Shown here: in pieces, positions 1-9,219 of the stretch
How the letters are laid out: each line of letters opens with the position of its first letter
Position numbering within the stretch: position 1 is the first letter of the stretch
DNA from: Thermodesulfovibrionales bacterium
Lineage (GTDB): Bacteria; Nitrospirota; Thermodesulfovibrionia; Thermodesulfovibrionales; SM23-35
Assembly: GCA_041658585.1 (NCBI GenBank)
Contig: JBAZZX010000005.1
Coordinates: 17,226 to 81,225, forward strand
Direction: 5' to 3'
DNA: 64,000 nucleotides
Translations under genes and position numbers: made by a program
Notes under the pieces: generated by a model
What the model was told of the DNA's origin: nothing
What the model saw: the letters and a program-made list of their open reading frames with translations, nothing else
Database searches by the model: none

Positions 1-34
1 CCTGGGGGAAATTTTCTTTTAAGGGGGTAAAGAT

Positions 35-337
35 ATGGAAATCTACGAAAAAGTGAGAAAGTACCTTTACGAAAATATCGGGCATATGACTACAGCCGGT
101 ACACCGAGATATGACATTGCCGAAAATTTCTGGAAAGTGCCCGTGCTTTGCAAGACAGAAAGGGGGATAATTATTGTCGGAGAGTTTCATTTGGATAAGA
201 ATGGCAATTTTGTAAATATACCGACAAAAAAGGAAATGCTGAAAACTGTTGAGCTTGCAATGAGCAAACTACCGTTTCTCTATTATGGAACCAGGAAAGA
301 ATTAGACAAACAAAAAATAAAGCCTGTGGTTATTTAG
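35..337 (+). CDS. hypothetical small protein (100 aa)
   Basis: Intact ATG ORF preceded by an AAGGGGG Shine-Dalgarno-like run. No family recognised. It ends 10 nt upstream of a restriction-helicase fragment. Confidence 0.4.
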   Translation: MEIYEKVRKYLYENIGHMTTAGTPRYDIAENFWKVPVLCKTERGIIIVGEFHLDKNGNFVNIPTKKEMLKTVELAMSKLPFLYYGTRKELDKQKIKPVVI

Positions 338-347
338 TCAATAATCT

Positions 348-629
348 ATGCCCAGCCCTATCATAAATTTATCAGCCCTTGAGCCGTTATATCTCCCTCA
401 TGAAATGCCTACGCATCACAGAGTCAGGGCGGAGAAAGAGGGAGATCCGGCAAAGAAAGTTAAAGGCCGCAGAACCAGTGATATTATTATCGCTCAGAAC
501 CTAAGAAGATACGTTACGGAGTGGAGAGAAACCGATTATCCCGGGGCGTCTGACACGACGAGGGAACTCCTGCATCACTGGTTTGGAAGAGATCATACTA
601 TTCTTTCTTTAGTTTCTTTAGGTACGTAG
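348..629 (+). pseudogene. N-terminal fragment of a type III restriction Res-like / DEAD-box helicase
   Basis: The 93-aa ORF carries ...GRRTSD...LRRYVTEWRETDYPGASDTTRELLHHWF. I recognise this as the leader region preceding the helicase core of Res-type restriction helicases. The ORF stops after ~90 aa and no helicase motifs follow. Confidence 0.4.
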
Positions 630-631
630 TT

Positions 632-709
632 GCTAACAATGAATAACCTTGACAGACATATTGGTAGAACAGGGACGAGGGTCAGACTTGTTTATTGCAA
701 ATCGTTAGC
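632..709. other. attC-like imperfect palindrome (GCTAAC ... GTTAGC)
   Basis: 78-bp element starting 3 nt after the fragment's stop codon. The outer 6 bp are perfectly complementary (GCTAAC/GTTAGC) and the inner arms pair only partly (AATAAC vs GTT-T-ATT). Its 3' end cGTTAGCTG is the same as in the hairpin at 21546. Confidence 0.3.
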
Positions 710-831
710 TGCTGTAAGTTTGGGTCATGAAATTTAGTTGCTTCTTTGTTCCGGAAGGACAACGCACAAAGACTTCCCATCGATTTCTATTCTGCGGTGT
801 CAAAGAAACACAATAGTTCGGATGAAAATAA

Positions 832-1063
832 TCATACCTTGTCATGTAACGGCCTTGCGTGTTTGCAGGTGAACCAAACATTAGTCACTGTATTATATGC
901 AACCTGTGAATATACCCTCACTTCTTTCTCAAGGCGCTCGCCGAGTGCATCGGCAGTAACATCAAGGTCGTATTGAGACTACAACCCAATCCAGAACTCC
1001 GAGGATGTTCCGAAGAACCGTGCAAGTCTGAGGGCTGTAAGAGTTGTTTTGAGTTTCAGGGCT
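832..1063 (-). pseudogene. higA-like XRE antitoxin remnant (N-terminus missing, in-frame TAG)
   Basis: The minus-strand frame reads ...LKTTLTALRLARFFGTSSEFWIGL*SQYDLDVTADALGERLEKE..., the HTH_3 C-terminal half typical of HigA/VapI antitoxins. There is an in-frame TAG at 979-981. The upstream half is replaced by the 3' end of the aldo/keto reductase gene. Confidence 0.4.
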
Positions 1064-1889
1064 TGTAGTACATAAGTTGACGTGAAAAGGGCCTGACTTT
1101 CTCGATGAGATCCCTCATCTCTGCATTCGGCATCTGACTGAACTTCATAGTAAACGCCACATTTTCTTCAAGCTGACGGACACTGTCGCATCCAATGACC
1201 ACGGTTGAGACCGGCTGTGAAAGGGCAAAGTGAAGAAAGGGCTCCATAGACTTAAACCACGGAATCCTGGCTGCAAATCCCCTGAAATAGACCTTCATGC
1301 CGATTACTCCCATACTCTTTTGTTTGGCAAATGGTACAACTTCATCAAGAAAGCTCTTATAGTGTGGCTCGGCAGGATTAACCGGCAGCAGGACTGTATC
1401 AAAATCGAACAGGCTGATGCACTTTTTCAGTATCTCCGGGTTGTGGTGCCCTGTTACTCCGATGAATCGTGTCAATCCCTTTTGCTTCGCCTCTGCAAAT
1501 GCCTCAATCGCGCCTCCCGGTCCAAAAATCTCTTTTACATCATCATCCGTCCTTATATCATGCATCTGCCATAGATCAAGGTGATCGGTCTTCATGTTCT
1601 TCAGGGTTTCCTGAAGATGTTCGAGCGCTCCCTTCCTGTCTCGCGCATGGGATTTGCTTGTGAGAAAAATCTTTTTTCTCCTCTCACGCAGAGCCTTGCC
1701 ATAATATGACTCGCTTCCGGAGTATGCGCGTGCAGACTCGAAATAATTTATGCCGAGATCAAGCGCCCTGTTGATCAGCGCACAGGCTTCATCATCATGT
1801 CCAAATGTTCTAAGGACGCCTTCGCCGCCAAGGCCGAGTAATGTCACGTCAACCTTGGTCTTTCCAAGTTTTCTCTTTTGTATTTCCAT
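1056..1889 (-). CDS. aldo/keto reductase family oxidoreductase
   Basis: 277 aa. N-terminal LGLGGEG...GINYFESARAYSGSESYYGKAL and overall (alpha/beta)8 AKR-like pattern. Confidence 0.85.
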   Translation of the reverse strand: MEIQKRKLGKTKVDVTLLGLGGEGVLRTFGHDDEACALINRALDLGINYFESARAYSGSESYYGKALRERRKKIFLTSKSHARDRKGALEHLQETLKNMKTDHLDLWQMHDIRTDDDVKEIFGPGGAIEAFAEAKQKGLTRFIGVTGHHNPEILKKCISLFDFDTVLLPVNPAEPHYKSFLDEVVPFAKQKSMGVIGMKVYFRGFAARIPWFKSMEPFLHFALSQPVSTVVIGCDSVRQLEENVAFTMKFSQMPNAEMRDLIEKVRPFSRQLMYYKP

Positions 1890-1983
1890 AGGGAAATTGT
1901 ATCACAATTGATTCATATTGTCTGAGTGTTCCGGAGCACCATTTAGTGGCATATTTTATAAAACACAGAGTAGGACAACTGTG

Positions 1984-2436
1984 CTATTCGGGCTGTTTAA
2001 AGGGGTTTTCTCTTTGTATGCGCGCGAGCTGCAGAGGTTTTCCTTCGAATACAAATATGGCCAGACCTCTTTCCTCCGTTGCTTTGCCTTTGACGGTCCA
2101 TGTGCCTTTCCAGGAAATCGTCAGGAATACGGCAGGATCTTTTATTTCCAACCATGTCGGCGTAAATGCGAGGTCTGCCCGGTCAAATTTCTTTATGGCG
2201 CCTATTAGCTCCCTGTAACCCTCCTTTGTTGAATTCTCTTCAAGGGTTGAGCGGTCATTCTGTTCATAGGCGCTTTTAAGAGTCTCCGCAAGCCGGAAAG
2301 CCTCCTGCGCCAGTCTCGACTCCTCGGAAGTCTTCTTGACATCTTTGCCGCCGCAGGAGAAAGAAAACAATATCAGCACAATGAATAATATTTGAGAACT
2401 AATCTTCATAAGTTTGTTCATAATTTTAAAATCCAT
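1984..2436 (-). CDS. hypothetical lipoprotein
   Basis: Signal peptide ending in a lipobox-like LFSFSCGG. No family recognised. Confidence 0.6.
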   Translation of the reverse strand: MDFKIMNKLMKISSQILFIVLILFSFSCGGKDVKKTSEESRLAQEAFRLAETLKSAYEQNDRSTLEENSTKEGYRELIGAIKKFDRADLAFTPTWLEIKDPAVFLTISWKGTWTVKGKATEERGLAIFVFEGKPLQLARIQRENPFKQPE

Positions 2437-2541
2437 TCTCCATTGAAATTTCTACACGTATTATACATAACAACATTATCATTGGTCTACCAGTCCGTTA
2501 AGCTTCTTGCCTTATCGGCTTATTATCCATATTATAAAAAC

Positions 2542-3192
2542 ATGCGCAACCTGCAACCAGTCGAACTTTTAATAAAAGGCTTTTCCGAGCTGGGGATTAC
2601 ATTTACGGAAGAACGGGGCAATGCCTTCATGAGCTATCTATCCGAACTGAAGAAATGGAACAAGGCATATAATCTTACCGGCCTTAAAACCGATGAAGAT
2701 ATTATCATCAAGCATTTCCTTGACTCGCTGCTTTATCTGAAAGCCCTGCCGGATGGTCTGCTAAAGGTCGCAGATATCGGAAGCGGCGCAGGGTTTCCGG
2801 GAATACCGGTCAAGATTATGCGTCCGGAAATCGAAATGTATCTCATCGAGCCTACGGGGAAAAAAACCGCCTTCCTCAGACATATCACAAGACATCTGCA
2901 TCTGAATGATATTCATGTCATAGAAAAGAGAATAGAAGACACAAAGGTATCCAATGAGATACCCTCTCCTGTTGATGCGGCAGTCACAAGGGCATTATTT
3001 GATGTCCGGGAGTTTATAAAAAAGGCGTCGCATATTGTCCGGCAGGACGGGATACTTGTTCTCAGCAAAGGGCCTAAAGCGGAAGAGGAAGTCAGGGAAC
3101 TAAGAGAAATAAAATACGAGGTCCTGCGGTTCAAATTGCCTTTATCCGATGTGCAGAGGCATATTATTGTTGTAAATCTACCTAAATGCTGA
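2542..3192 (+). CDS. rsmG: 16S rRNA (guanine527-N7)-methyltransferase RsmG
   Basis: KWNKAYNLTGLKTDEDIIIKHFLDSL and DIGSGAGFPGIPVKI SAM-binding motifs. I trimmed the start to the ATG at 2542 (MRNLQP...) because the upstream ORF extension runs antisense over the neighbouring gene's start. Confidence 0.9.
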   Translation: MRNLQPVELLIKGFSELGITFTEERGNAFMSYLSELKKWNKAYNLTGLKTDEDIIIKHFLDSLLYLKALPDGLLKVADIGSGAGFPGIPVKIMRPEIEMYLIEPTGKKTAFLRHITRHLHLNDIHVIEKRIEDTKVSNEIPSPVDAAVTRALFDVREFIKKASHIVRQDGILVLSKGPKAEEEVRELREIKYEVLRFKLPLSDVQRHIIVVNLPKC

Positions 3193-3199
3193 AAAAGAC

Positions 3200-3234
3200 A
3201 TTCTTAACTTCAAAGCCATAAGAATATTTTTTTC
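3200..3234 (+). terminator. Rho-independent terminator after rsmG
   Basis: ATTCTTA / TAAGAAT 7-bp stem followed by a T-run (atttttttc). Confidence 0.55.
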
Positions 3235-3534
3235 TTGCGAAATTGAAACAAACGGGTCTAATCTCTGTTCTCCTTCCAATCATTCCTCACAGAAGCAAAT
3301 GTTCTTGCTGCATCAAATTGCTCTCTTTATTTCTTTGCATAACAGATAATCAGTGGAAGCTGGCTGTTCGCGCTGTTCACATAGGAGTGCGCATTTCGAC
3401 ATTTTCCGATTTATGTTGTTTATGAATGATATGCCACACCCTGCTGTTTCAGTAAATGGTGTCAAGAAATTTTCGCAATTTTTGTAATTTTTTCACCGTT
3501 GCCTCACGTAAGAATCTACTCGAAATGATATTCG

Positions 3535-3563
3535 TTGACTAATCTGAAGATTTTAACTATAAT
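3535..3563 (+). promoter_or_regulatory. sigma-70-type promoter upstream of the giant surface-protein gene
   Basis: TTGACT - 17 nt - TATAAT, about 90 nt upstream of the ORF. Confidence 0.5.
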
Positions 3564-3655
3564 TTTTCAATTATAATAGTCTCCCAGCAAAGCCGAAGCT
3601 TTGAAAAAGGTAGACAAAGGCAGGACATCTGCTCCATTTTATTCTGTATACATAA

Positions 3656-6600
3656 ATGCATCCTGCATCATGTAAAGGGGGGAGCGTTTTGGGGGTAAGG
3701 AAACAGGCTTCATTTTATAGGTCATCTCGATCAAATTTCTGGTGCAAATCTTTGCATTCCCCATTCTCGTCATTATTAGGAGCCTTTTTATTCCTTTTCT
3801 GTTTCATTCCCCTTAACTTGTATGCAGATGTTCCAGATGCAGTGATTGTTGATAATAGCATTTGGAACGGCGCTGTAGTGGGGCAAGTCAACTGGTATCA
3901 AAAGCATGACACTTATTTAGAGGCAGAAGTTACAGTAAGTAACCCGAAGTTTTTTTGGACTAAGCTTCTTATCCAAAATCCCCATGATGTTTCAATTGAC
4001 CCAGAAAGTCTATATGCAAATTTCGGTTTCCTTGGGCCGGTTTCTTCAACAATCCCATGGGAACCTGGTTTTGCAACCGCGAAATATAATTTGCGTTTTG
4101 ATAATGAGACAACAATTAATATCGGAGTTGACCCAACGCTTAATAGCGGCCCAGAGGCGTCATTTTTCAATCTGGCGCAAATTGTATTAACCGCAGCGCC
4201 TGTCCCCGCCGATGCGCTTTCTCTTACCACTTTGTCAGATATGCTTGAATATATAGAAAATACTCAGGAATTGGCTGATATTGCCGACACGATTTTCGTA
4301 CAGGGAAATATTATAAGCGGAACGAAAAGTTTGGTCGAACTGGCATTGTTTCAACCTGAAGTTCTTCAGCCGATATATGTAAAGGCAGGATTGCAATTAG
4401 GGCTTGATGATATTAAAGCTGCTTTATCGTTATGGAAAATGCTCGACATCATTAGACAAGTTTCCGATCAGGCGTACACGTATATTTTCGGTAACCCCTC
4501 CGGCTATATCATCTTTAAAGCTGTTAGTTTGCAAGTTGGGGATGACGATCCTTATATCATCGCTTCTTTTTCAGCAAACCCTCAAAGCGCTGCTCCCAAC
4601 CTTACAATACAGTTTAACGCCTCTCAAAGTACCGCATACAAAGATACGATTACTTCCTATGAATGGTCTTTTGGTGACGGTGCTTCGGACACAACATCTT
4701 CTCCAATTGTTACTCATGCATACTCTGCAAAAGGTTTCTATACTGTGCATTTGACCATCCATTCTTCAGGGGGAAGATCAGACAGCTCTCAGCTTACTGT
4801 ATCCGTTGGAAATGCGCATCTTGACGGTGTCATTTTCAATGGCGGAACACTTTCAACAGACACAACATGGACGGCTGCAGAAGGTCATCATTTAGTAAAA
4901 GGTAGTTTTAACATTCCTGAAGGGGTGACCCTTACTATCGAACCGGGGGTGAAAGTTGAATTGGGCGGCGGTGTAGAGATTAACGTGCAAGGCACGTTGA
5001 CTGCAACCGGCGTAACCTTCACTTGGGCGGACGGAGGGAATGAATGGACGGGGATACGCTTTAGGGATACTGGGGCAAGTGGTAGTCGACTTGAGAATTG
5101 CACAATAGAGCATGCTAACGGAGCTCATCCTTATGCGTCCGATGAGCCACCCCACACAGGTGTAATTTACATCTGGAATGCATCGCCAACGATTATAAAT
5201 TGCACTATTGGGAACAGCAGTGCACTTGCCGGTGTATGGATGAGAAATAGTTCGTCGCCGGTAATTTCAGGTTGTTCTATCAGCGGGTTTACAAACAGTA
5301 GTCACGGGTATGGGATATTAGTCGACTATGGGTCGGTATGGGGACATTCTATGCCGACTGTTACAGGGAGTATGCTTTCTAATAACAGGTACGGAATATT
5401 TATTTATTCACATAGCGATGGAGGAATGTATCGGGGCAATACGATAAGTGGAAATACTTCCTTCGGGCTTTACTACTCCGGCAGCATGGTGCTCGACGCC
5501 ACCAACAACAACTGGGGACACCCATCTGGTCCTCTCGACAGCTCCGATGATAGATTAAGTGGCGGATTATATAATCCAACCGGTTTAGGTGACAAAGTCA
5601 GTGACCATGTGAATTATTACCCTTGGACAGGTATGACCATTGGACAAACTGCAATACCCACAAGTCTTTCAGGAACTGCAAGTTATAATTCAGTCTATCT
5701 CACTTGGAATGCCAATACAGAGCCATATATTGGTGGATACAAGATTTACTACGGCACATCATCGAACAATTACAATAAATCCAAGATAGTCGGCATCGTC
5801 ACCTCAGATACATTGACAGGCCTTTCAAATGGGACTACATATTATATTGCCATTAGTTCATTAAATTCTGTTGGAGTTGAGAGTCCAAAATCAGCTGAAA
5901 TAACAGTGACACCAAAAGCAACTTTTGCTCTCTCAGTAACAAAATCAGGCAATGGAAGCGTATCAGCAACAGGATTGGCCTGCAATGGAGATATTTGCTC
6001 TGGAACATACAGCTACAACACGCAGGTTGTCATCACAGCTACTCCCGGTGAAGGTTCAATCGTTGCATGGACTGGTTGCAACTCCACCAACGGAAATCAA
6101 TGTACAGTAACTATGAACATCGATAAGAATGTGACCGTAACATTCAGTTACACCGAATATCTTTTAACCGTTACTAAGTCAGGAACGGGAAGTGGAAATG
6201 TCACTGATGATAAAGGCAAATTGACCTGCAACGGTAATACATGCTCGGGTTCCTACGCTGTTAACACTCAGGTCACTCTCACAGCAGAAGCAGATGCAGG
6301 ATCAGCATTTACTGGCTGGACAAGTCTATGTAATGGTACGGGTACATGTACTATAACCATGGATGGTGCAAAGGGTGTTACTGCATCATTCAGTGACACA
6401 GAAGCTCCTGATTTAACCATATCTGCGCTTTCAGACGGAAGCTGGACCAATAATGAAACATTGAATATTTCGGGAACGGCTACGGACAATATGGGGATTG
6501 AGTCGCTGACGCTGACTATTAACGGAACCCCCGTAATATTAAATCCTGATGGTACATTCAGTCATGCGCTCACTTTAATTGTAGGTCCTAATGAGATAAA

Positions 6601-8050
6601 CACGATTGCCTCAGACCTTGCTGGTCTACAGACAACCGACACAAGGACAATCAATTTTGATCCGACTGCTCCCTATATCGAAATAACAACACCTGCTGAC
6701 AATAGCAAGACGAAGCAATCAACGATTGAAGTCTCAGGCACTGTTGATGAAAGCTCTATGGTTACTGTAAAAGTTAACGATTACGATCCTTTGCCTGCTC
6801 AAATGAATGGTAATAACTTTACTTTAACTGTTCCATTGACATATGGAATTAATACCATAGAAGTTATTGCAACAGACCTTGCAGGTAACAATTCGTCATT
6901 GAAGAGGACGGTGACCTATGACGACCACAGCCCCGCACTATCGATTACTGAGCCGAGTCAGGATGGTAAGACAAATCAGAGTAGTATGCTGATCAAAGGA
7001 ACTGTAAGCGATATTACGACAACCACTGTAAAAGTGACTCAGGATCAAGAAGCATTTACTCCGGCTGTAACAAACGGCTCATTTGAACAACTTATCACCT
7101 TTACAATAGAAAAGACGTATCAGATCTATGTGACGGCAACCGATGAGCTGGGTAACGAGACAACCGTCCAGAGGAACATCATCTATGATACAACTCCACC
7201 TTCTCTCTCCATAGATGCTGTCACAAGCCCTACGAATCAGAATAGCCAGGTATTGACCGGAACAGTGGAGGCAACGGCAGAAGTGACCGTTTTCTGCCCG
7301 ACAGCAGATGTAGGCCCAGTTGATTACCCAACACAGACTACGTGGTCAGTGGCGTTGACCAATATGGCTGAAGGTAATAATTTGATAACTGTTACGGCTG
7401 CTGATGAAGCCGGGAATGTATCTGGCCAAATGGGAGCAATTATAGTCGTTGACACTGTTGCTCCTGATACCGCGATTACCAGTGCACCCAGCAATCCATC
7501 AAATTCAACTTCTGCAAGTTTTGGCTTCTCATCGACAGACAATAATTCAACCTTCCGGTGTCAAATAGACAATGGGGGATATCAGCCGTGTACCAGCCCT
7601 AAGGCCTATACAAACCTTTCTGTGGGCAGTCATACATTCTATGTTGGGGCAACGGATGCCGCAGGAAATACTGAACCATTTCCGGCAAGCTACACGTGGA
7701 CAATAACTCAAGCCCAGATGCCTGATTTGTCAGGGAAGTGGCTTTCACTTATGTCGAGATTAAGAGGAAGACATATCACTGGAACTCTGCAGGTGACTAA
7801 CGCAGGAAATGTTAATGCAAGAAAATTTAATGTAACATTCTATCTTTCTAACGATGGCATAAATACATCTCGTGTTCTTAGAATAGTTTCTGTTGGTAGT
7901 CTGAAGGCAGGTAGGTCAACAAATCTTTCCTTCACGTATAATTCTTTGACATCTCTTTCCCATAAGTATATCATCGCTGTGATTGACTCAGGTAACCAGA
8001 TTGCTGAAACAAATGAAAATAATAACATGGCAGTATCGAGAATACCTTAG
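3656..8050 (+). CDS. giant secreted multidomain surface/adhesin-like protein (PKD, beta-helix, FN3, InlB-B-like, Ig-like x>=5, CARDB-like)
   Basis: 1464 aa.
- Signal-like segment LLGAFLFLFCFIPLNLYA/DV.
- PKD-like YEWSFGDG...THAY..GFYTVHL.
- Parallel beta-helix style repeats (NCTI.., SSPVISGCSI.., NNNWGHPSGP).
- FN3-like LSGTASYNSVYLTWN.
- Two LTVTKSGTGSGNV...TLTA...FTGW modules.
- Repeated Ig-like units with D(L/E)AGN motifs.
- C-terminal CARDB-like NAGN...YLSNDG.
The true start may be the TTG about 33 nt downstream (SD AGGGGGGAG). Confidence 0.85.
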   Translation: MHPASCKGGSVLGVRKQASFYRSSRSNFWCKSLHSPFSSLLGAFLFLFCFIPLNLYADVPDAVIVDNSIWNGAVVGQVNWYQKHDTYLEAEVTVSNPKFFWTKLLIQNPHDVSIDPESLYANFGFLGPVSSTIPWEPGFATAKYNLRFDNETTINIGVDPTLNSGPEASFFNLAQIVLTAAPVPADALSLTTLSDMLEYIENTQELADIADTIFVQGNIISGTKSLVELALFQPEVLQPIYVKAGLQLGLDDIKAALSLWKMLDIIRQVSDQAYTYIFGNPSGYIIFKAVSLQVGDDDPYIIASFSANPQSAAPNLTIQFNASQSTAYKDTITSYEWSFGDGASDTTSSPIVTHAYSAKGFYTVHLTIHSSGGRSDSSQLTVSVGNAHLDGVIFNGGTLSTDTTWTAAEGHHLVKGSFNIPEGVTLTIEPGVKVELGGGVEINVQGTLTATGVTFTWADGGNEWTGIRFRDTGASGSRLENCTIEHANGAHPYASDEPPHTGVIYIWNASPTIINCTIGNSSALAGVWMRNSSSPVISGCSISGFTNSSHGYGILVDYGSVWGHSMPTVTGSMLSNNRYGIFIYSHSDGGMYRGNTISGNTSFGLYYSGSMVLDATNNNWGHPSGPLDSSDDRLSGGLYNPTGLGDKVSDHVNYYPWTGMTIGQTAIPTSLSGTASYNSVYLTWNANTEPYIGGYKIYYGTSSNNYNKSKIVGIVTSDTLTGLSNGTTYYIAISSLNSVGVESPKSAEITVTPKATFALSVTKSGNGSVSATGLACNGDICSGTYSYNTQVVITATPGEGSIVAWTGCNSTNGNQCTVTMNIDKNVTVTFSYTEYLLTVTKSGTGSGNVTDDKGKLTCNGNTCSGSYAVNTQVTLTAEADAGSAFTGWTSLCNGTGTCTITMDGAKGVTASFSDTEAPDLTISALSDGSWTNNETLNISGTATDNMGIESLTLTINGTPVILNPDGTFSHALTLIVGPNEINTIASDLAGLQTTDTRTINFDPTAPYIEITTPADNSKTKQSTIEVSGTVDESSMVTVKVNDYDPLPAQMNGNNFTLTVPLTYGINTIEVIATDLAGNNSSLKRTVTYDDHSPALSITEPSQDGKTNQSSMLIKGTVSDITTTTVKVTQDQEAFTPAVTNGSFEQLITFTIEKTYQIYVTATDELGNETTVQRNIIYDTTPPSLSIDAVTSPTNQNSQVLTGTVEATAEVTVFCPTADVGPVDYPTQTTWSVALTNMAEGNNLITVTAADEAGNVSGQMGAIIVVDTVAPDTAITSAPSNPSNSTSASFGFSSTDNNSTFRCQIDNGGYQPCTSPKAYTNLSVGSHTFYVGATDAAGNTEPFPASYTWTITQAQMPDLSGKWLSLMSRLRGRHITGTLQVTNAGNVNARKFNVTFYLSNDGINTSRVLRIVSVGSLKAGRSTNLSFTYNSLTSLSHKYIIAVIDSGNQIAETNENNNMAVSRIP

Positions 8051-8755
8051 CGGTCTATAAACAAAGCGGGGAAAGTTACAATTTTTCTCCCCGCTCGCTC
8101 TTCACGTAACGTGTTCAGTCGTACTCTAAATCGTTAATCGTAGGTCTCCTGATAAGTGTTTGTTATGGAAGTAAAGTAACTCTTTATCAGAAGCAACTGT
8201 CATGAACATTTGATGAAGGAGTTTTGTTGAAGGAAATTTCTTAGGATATCGATAGTTTAAACGGAAATAATTATTTCTGATCGCATCCGGAGGACGCGCA
8301 CTTGCAGGCGCAGTCGAGAAGCAAAGCAATAGCCCTGAATTTAGTTGTTCTACGAATCTCTTTTTACAAAAGTAATCGGAGAGAGGCTGACGCTATTTCA
8401 TAATCCTCGGCTTGATCTCCCGGATGAAGAAGACAATAGCCTTGAAGCTTGCTTGCCTTTTGACTTTCTCACGACTCTTTACTAAACTTCTTTTCAAATG
8501 ATGCATGAGTAAAATAAAAGGAAAACGGGGAAAGAATCAGACTAAATAAAATACCTTATCATCATTTTTATTATCATAATAATCAGCGGCATCCTTGCCA
8601 ACCGTGAACTCGCCCGTGACAAAAAGAGAATTAAACGCATGATAAGGGAATACTCGTATAAAACCTATTCTCCTGAAGATGAAGAGAAAAAAGATCATAA
8701 AAAAGAGAAGAATAAGTGAGCGCTTCAATTCCGCATTCCCACGCCTTTATTGCTT

Positions 8756-9154
8756 CTATTCATATCTGAGGAGTTTTGCGTGTGCCTCAGCGATTAGGGT
8801 ATCATCTTCCTTTTTCATGACCGCCGAGGTTTCGATTATTTTTTTGTTCATCTTCTTTATCTCCGCTTCGACAATTACCTTCTCTCCTGCCATAAGCGGG
8901 GCCCTGAATCGAACGGTGATTTCCGCCGTGACCGCAGGCATCTCCTGCATCAAAGCGGCTTTCACCATAGCTTCGTCAAGAAGGGTCGAGATTATGCCGC
9001 CATGGACGATGTTTTTATAACCCTGGTGGATTTTCCGGGGGACAAACTCTGTTTGTATCTTTCCTTTATTGACTGAGAATTTGAGGTGAAGACCCGAGGG
9101 GTTTTCTTCTCCGCAGACAAAGCAGTAATGATCGTCTTCAAGATTCATTTTCAT
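8756..9154 (-). CDS. PaaI/hotdog-fold thioesterase with N-terminal CxxC
   Basis: HYCFVCGEENPSGLHLKF...VHGGIISTLLDEAM pattern of PaaI-family acyl-CoA thioesterases. Confidence 0.75.
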   Translation of the reverse strand: MKMNLEDDHYCFVCGEENPSGLHLKFSVNKGKIQTEFVPRKIHQGYKNIVHGGIISTLLDEAMVKAALMQEMPAVTAEITVRFRAPLMAGEKVIVEAEIKKMNKKIIETSAVMKKEDDTLIAEAHAKLLRYE

Positions 9155-9163
9155 TCAAGAGAA

Positions 9164-9207
9164 GAAAAAAAGCGGGTCAGCTCCGAAAGATTTCGGGATT
9201 GCCTGAC
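9164..9207 (-). terminator. probable terminator downstream of rho
   Basis: On the minus strand there are nested stems GTCAG...CTGAC and CCGAAA..TTTCGG, followed by CCGCTTTTTTT. Confidence 0.45.
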
Positions 9208-9219
9208 AACACTGTTATC

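Noticed and set aside
8050-8756. 700-bp gap with two short ORFs (8126-8329, 8537-8728) downstream of the giant gene
   Set aside because: Neither ORF has an SD, recognisable motifs or supporting context. The region may hold remnants, but I cannot support a call. Only a weak GCGGGGA/TCCCCGC hairpin after the giant gene was noted.
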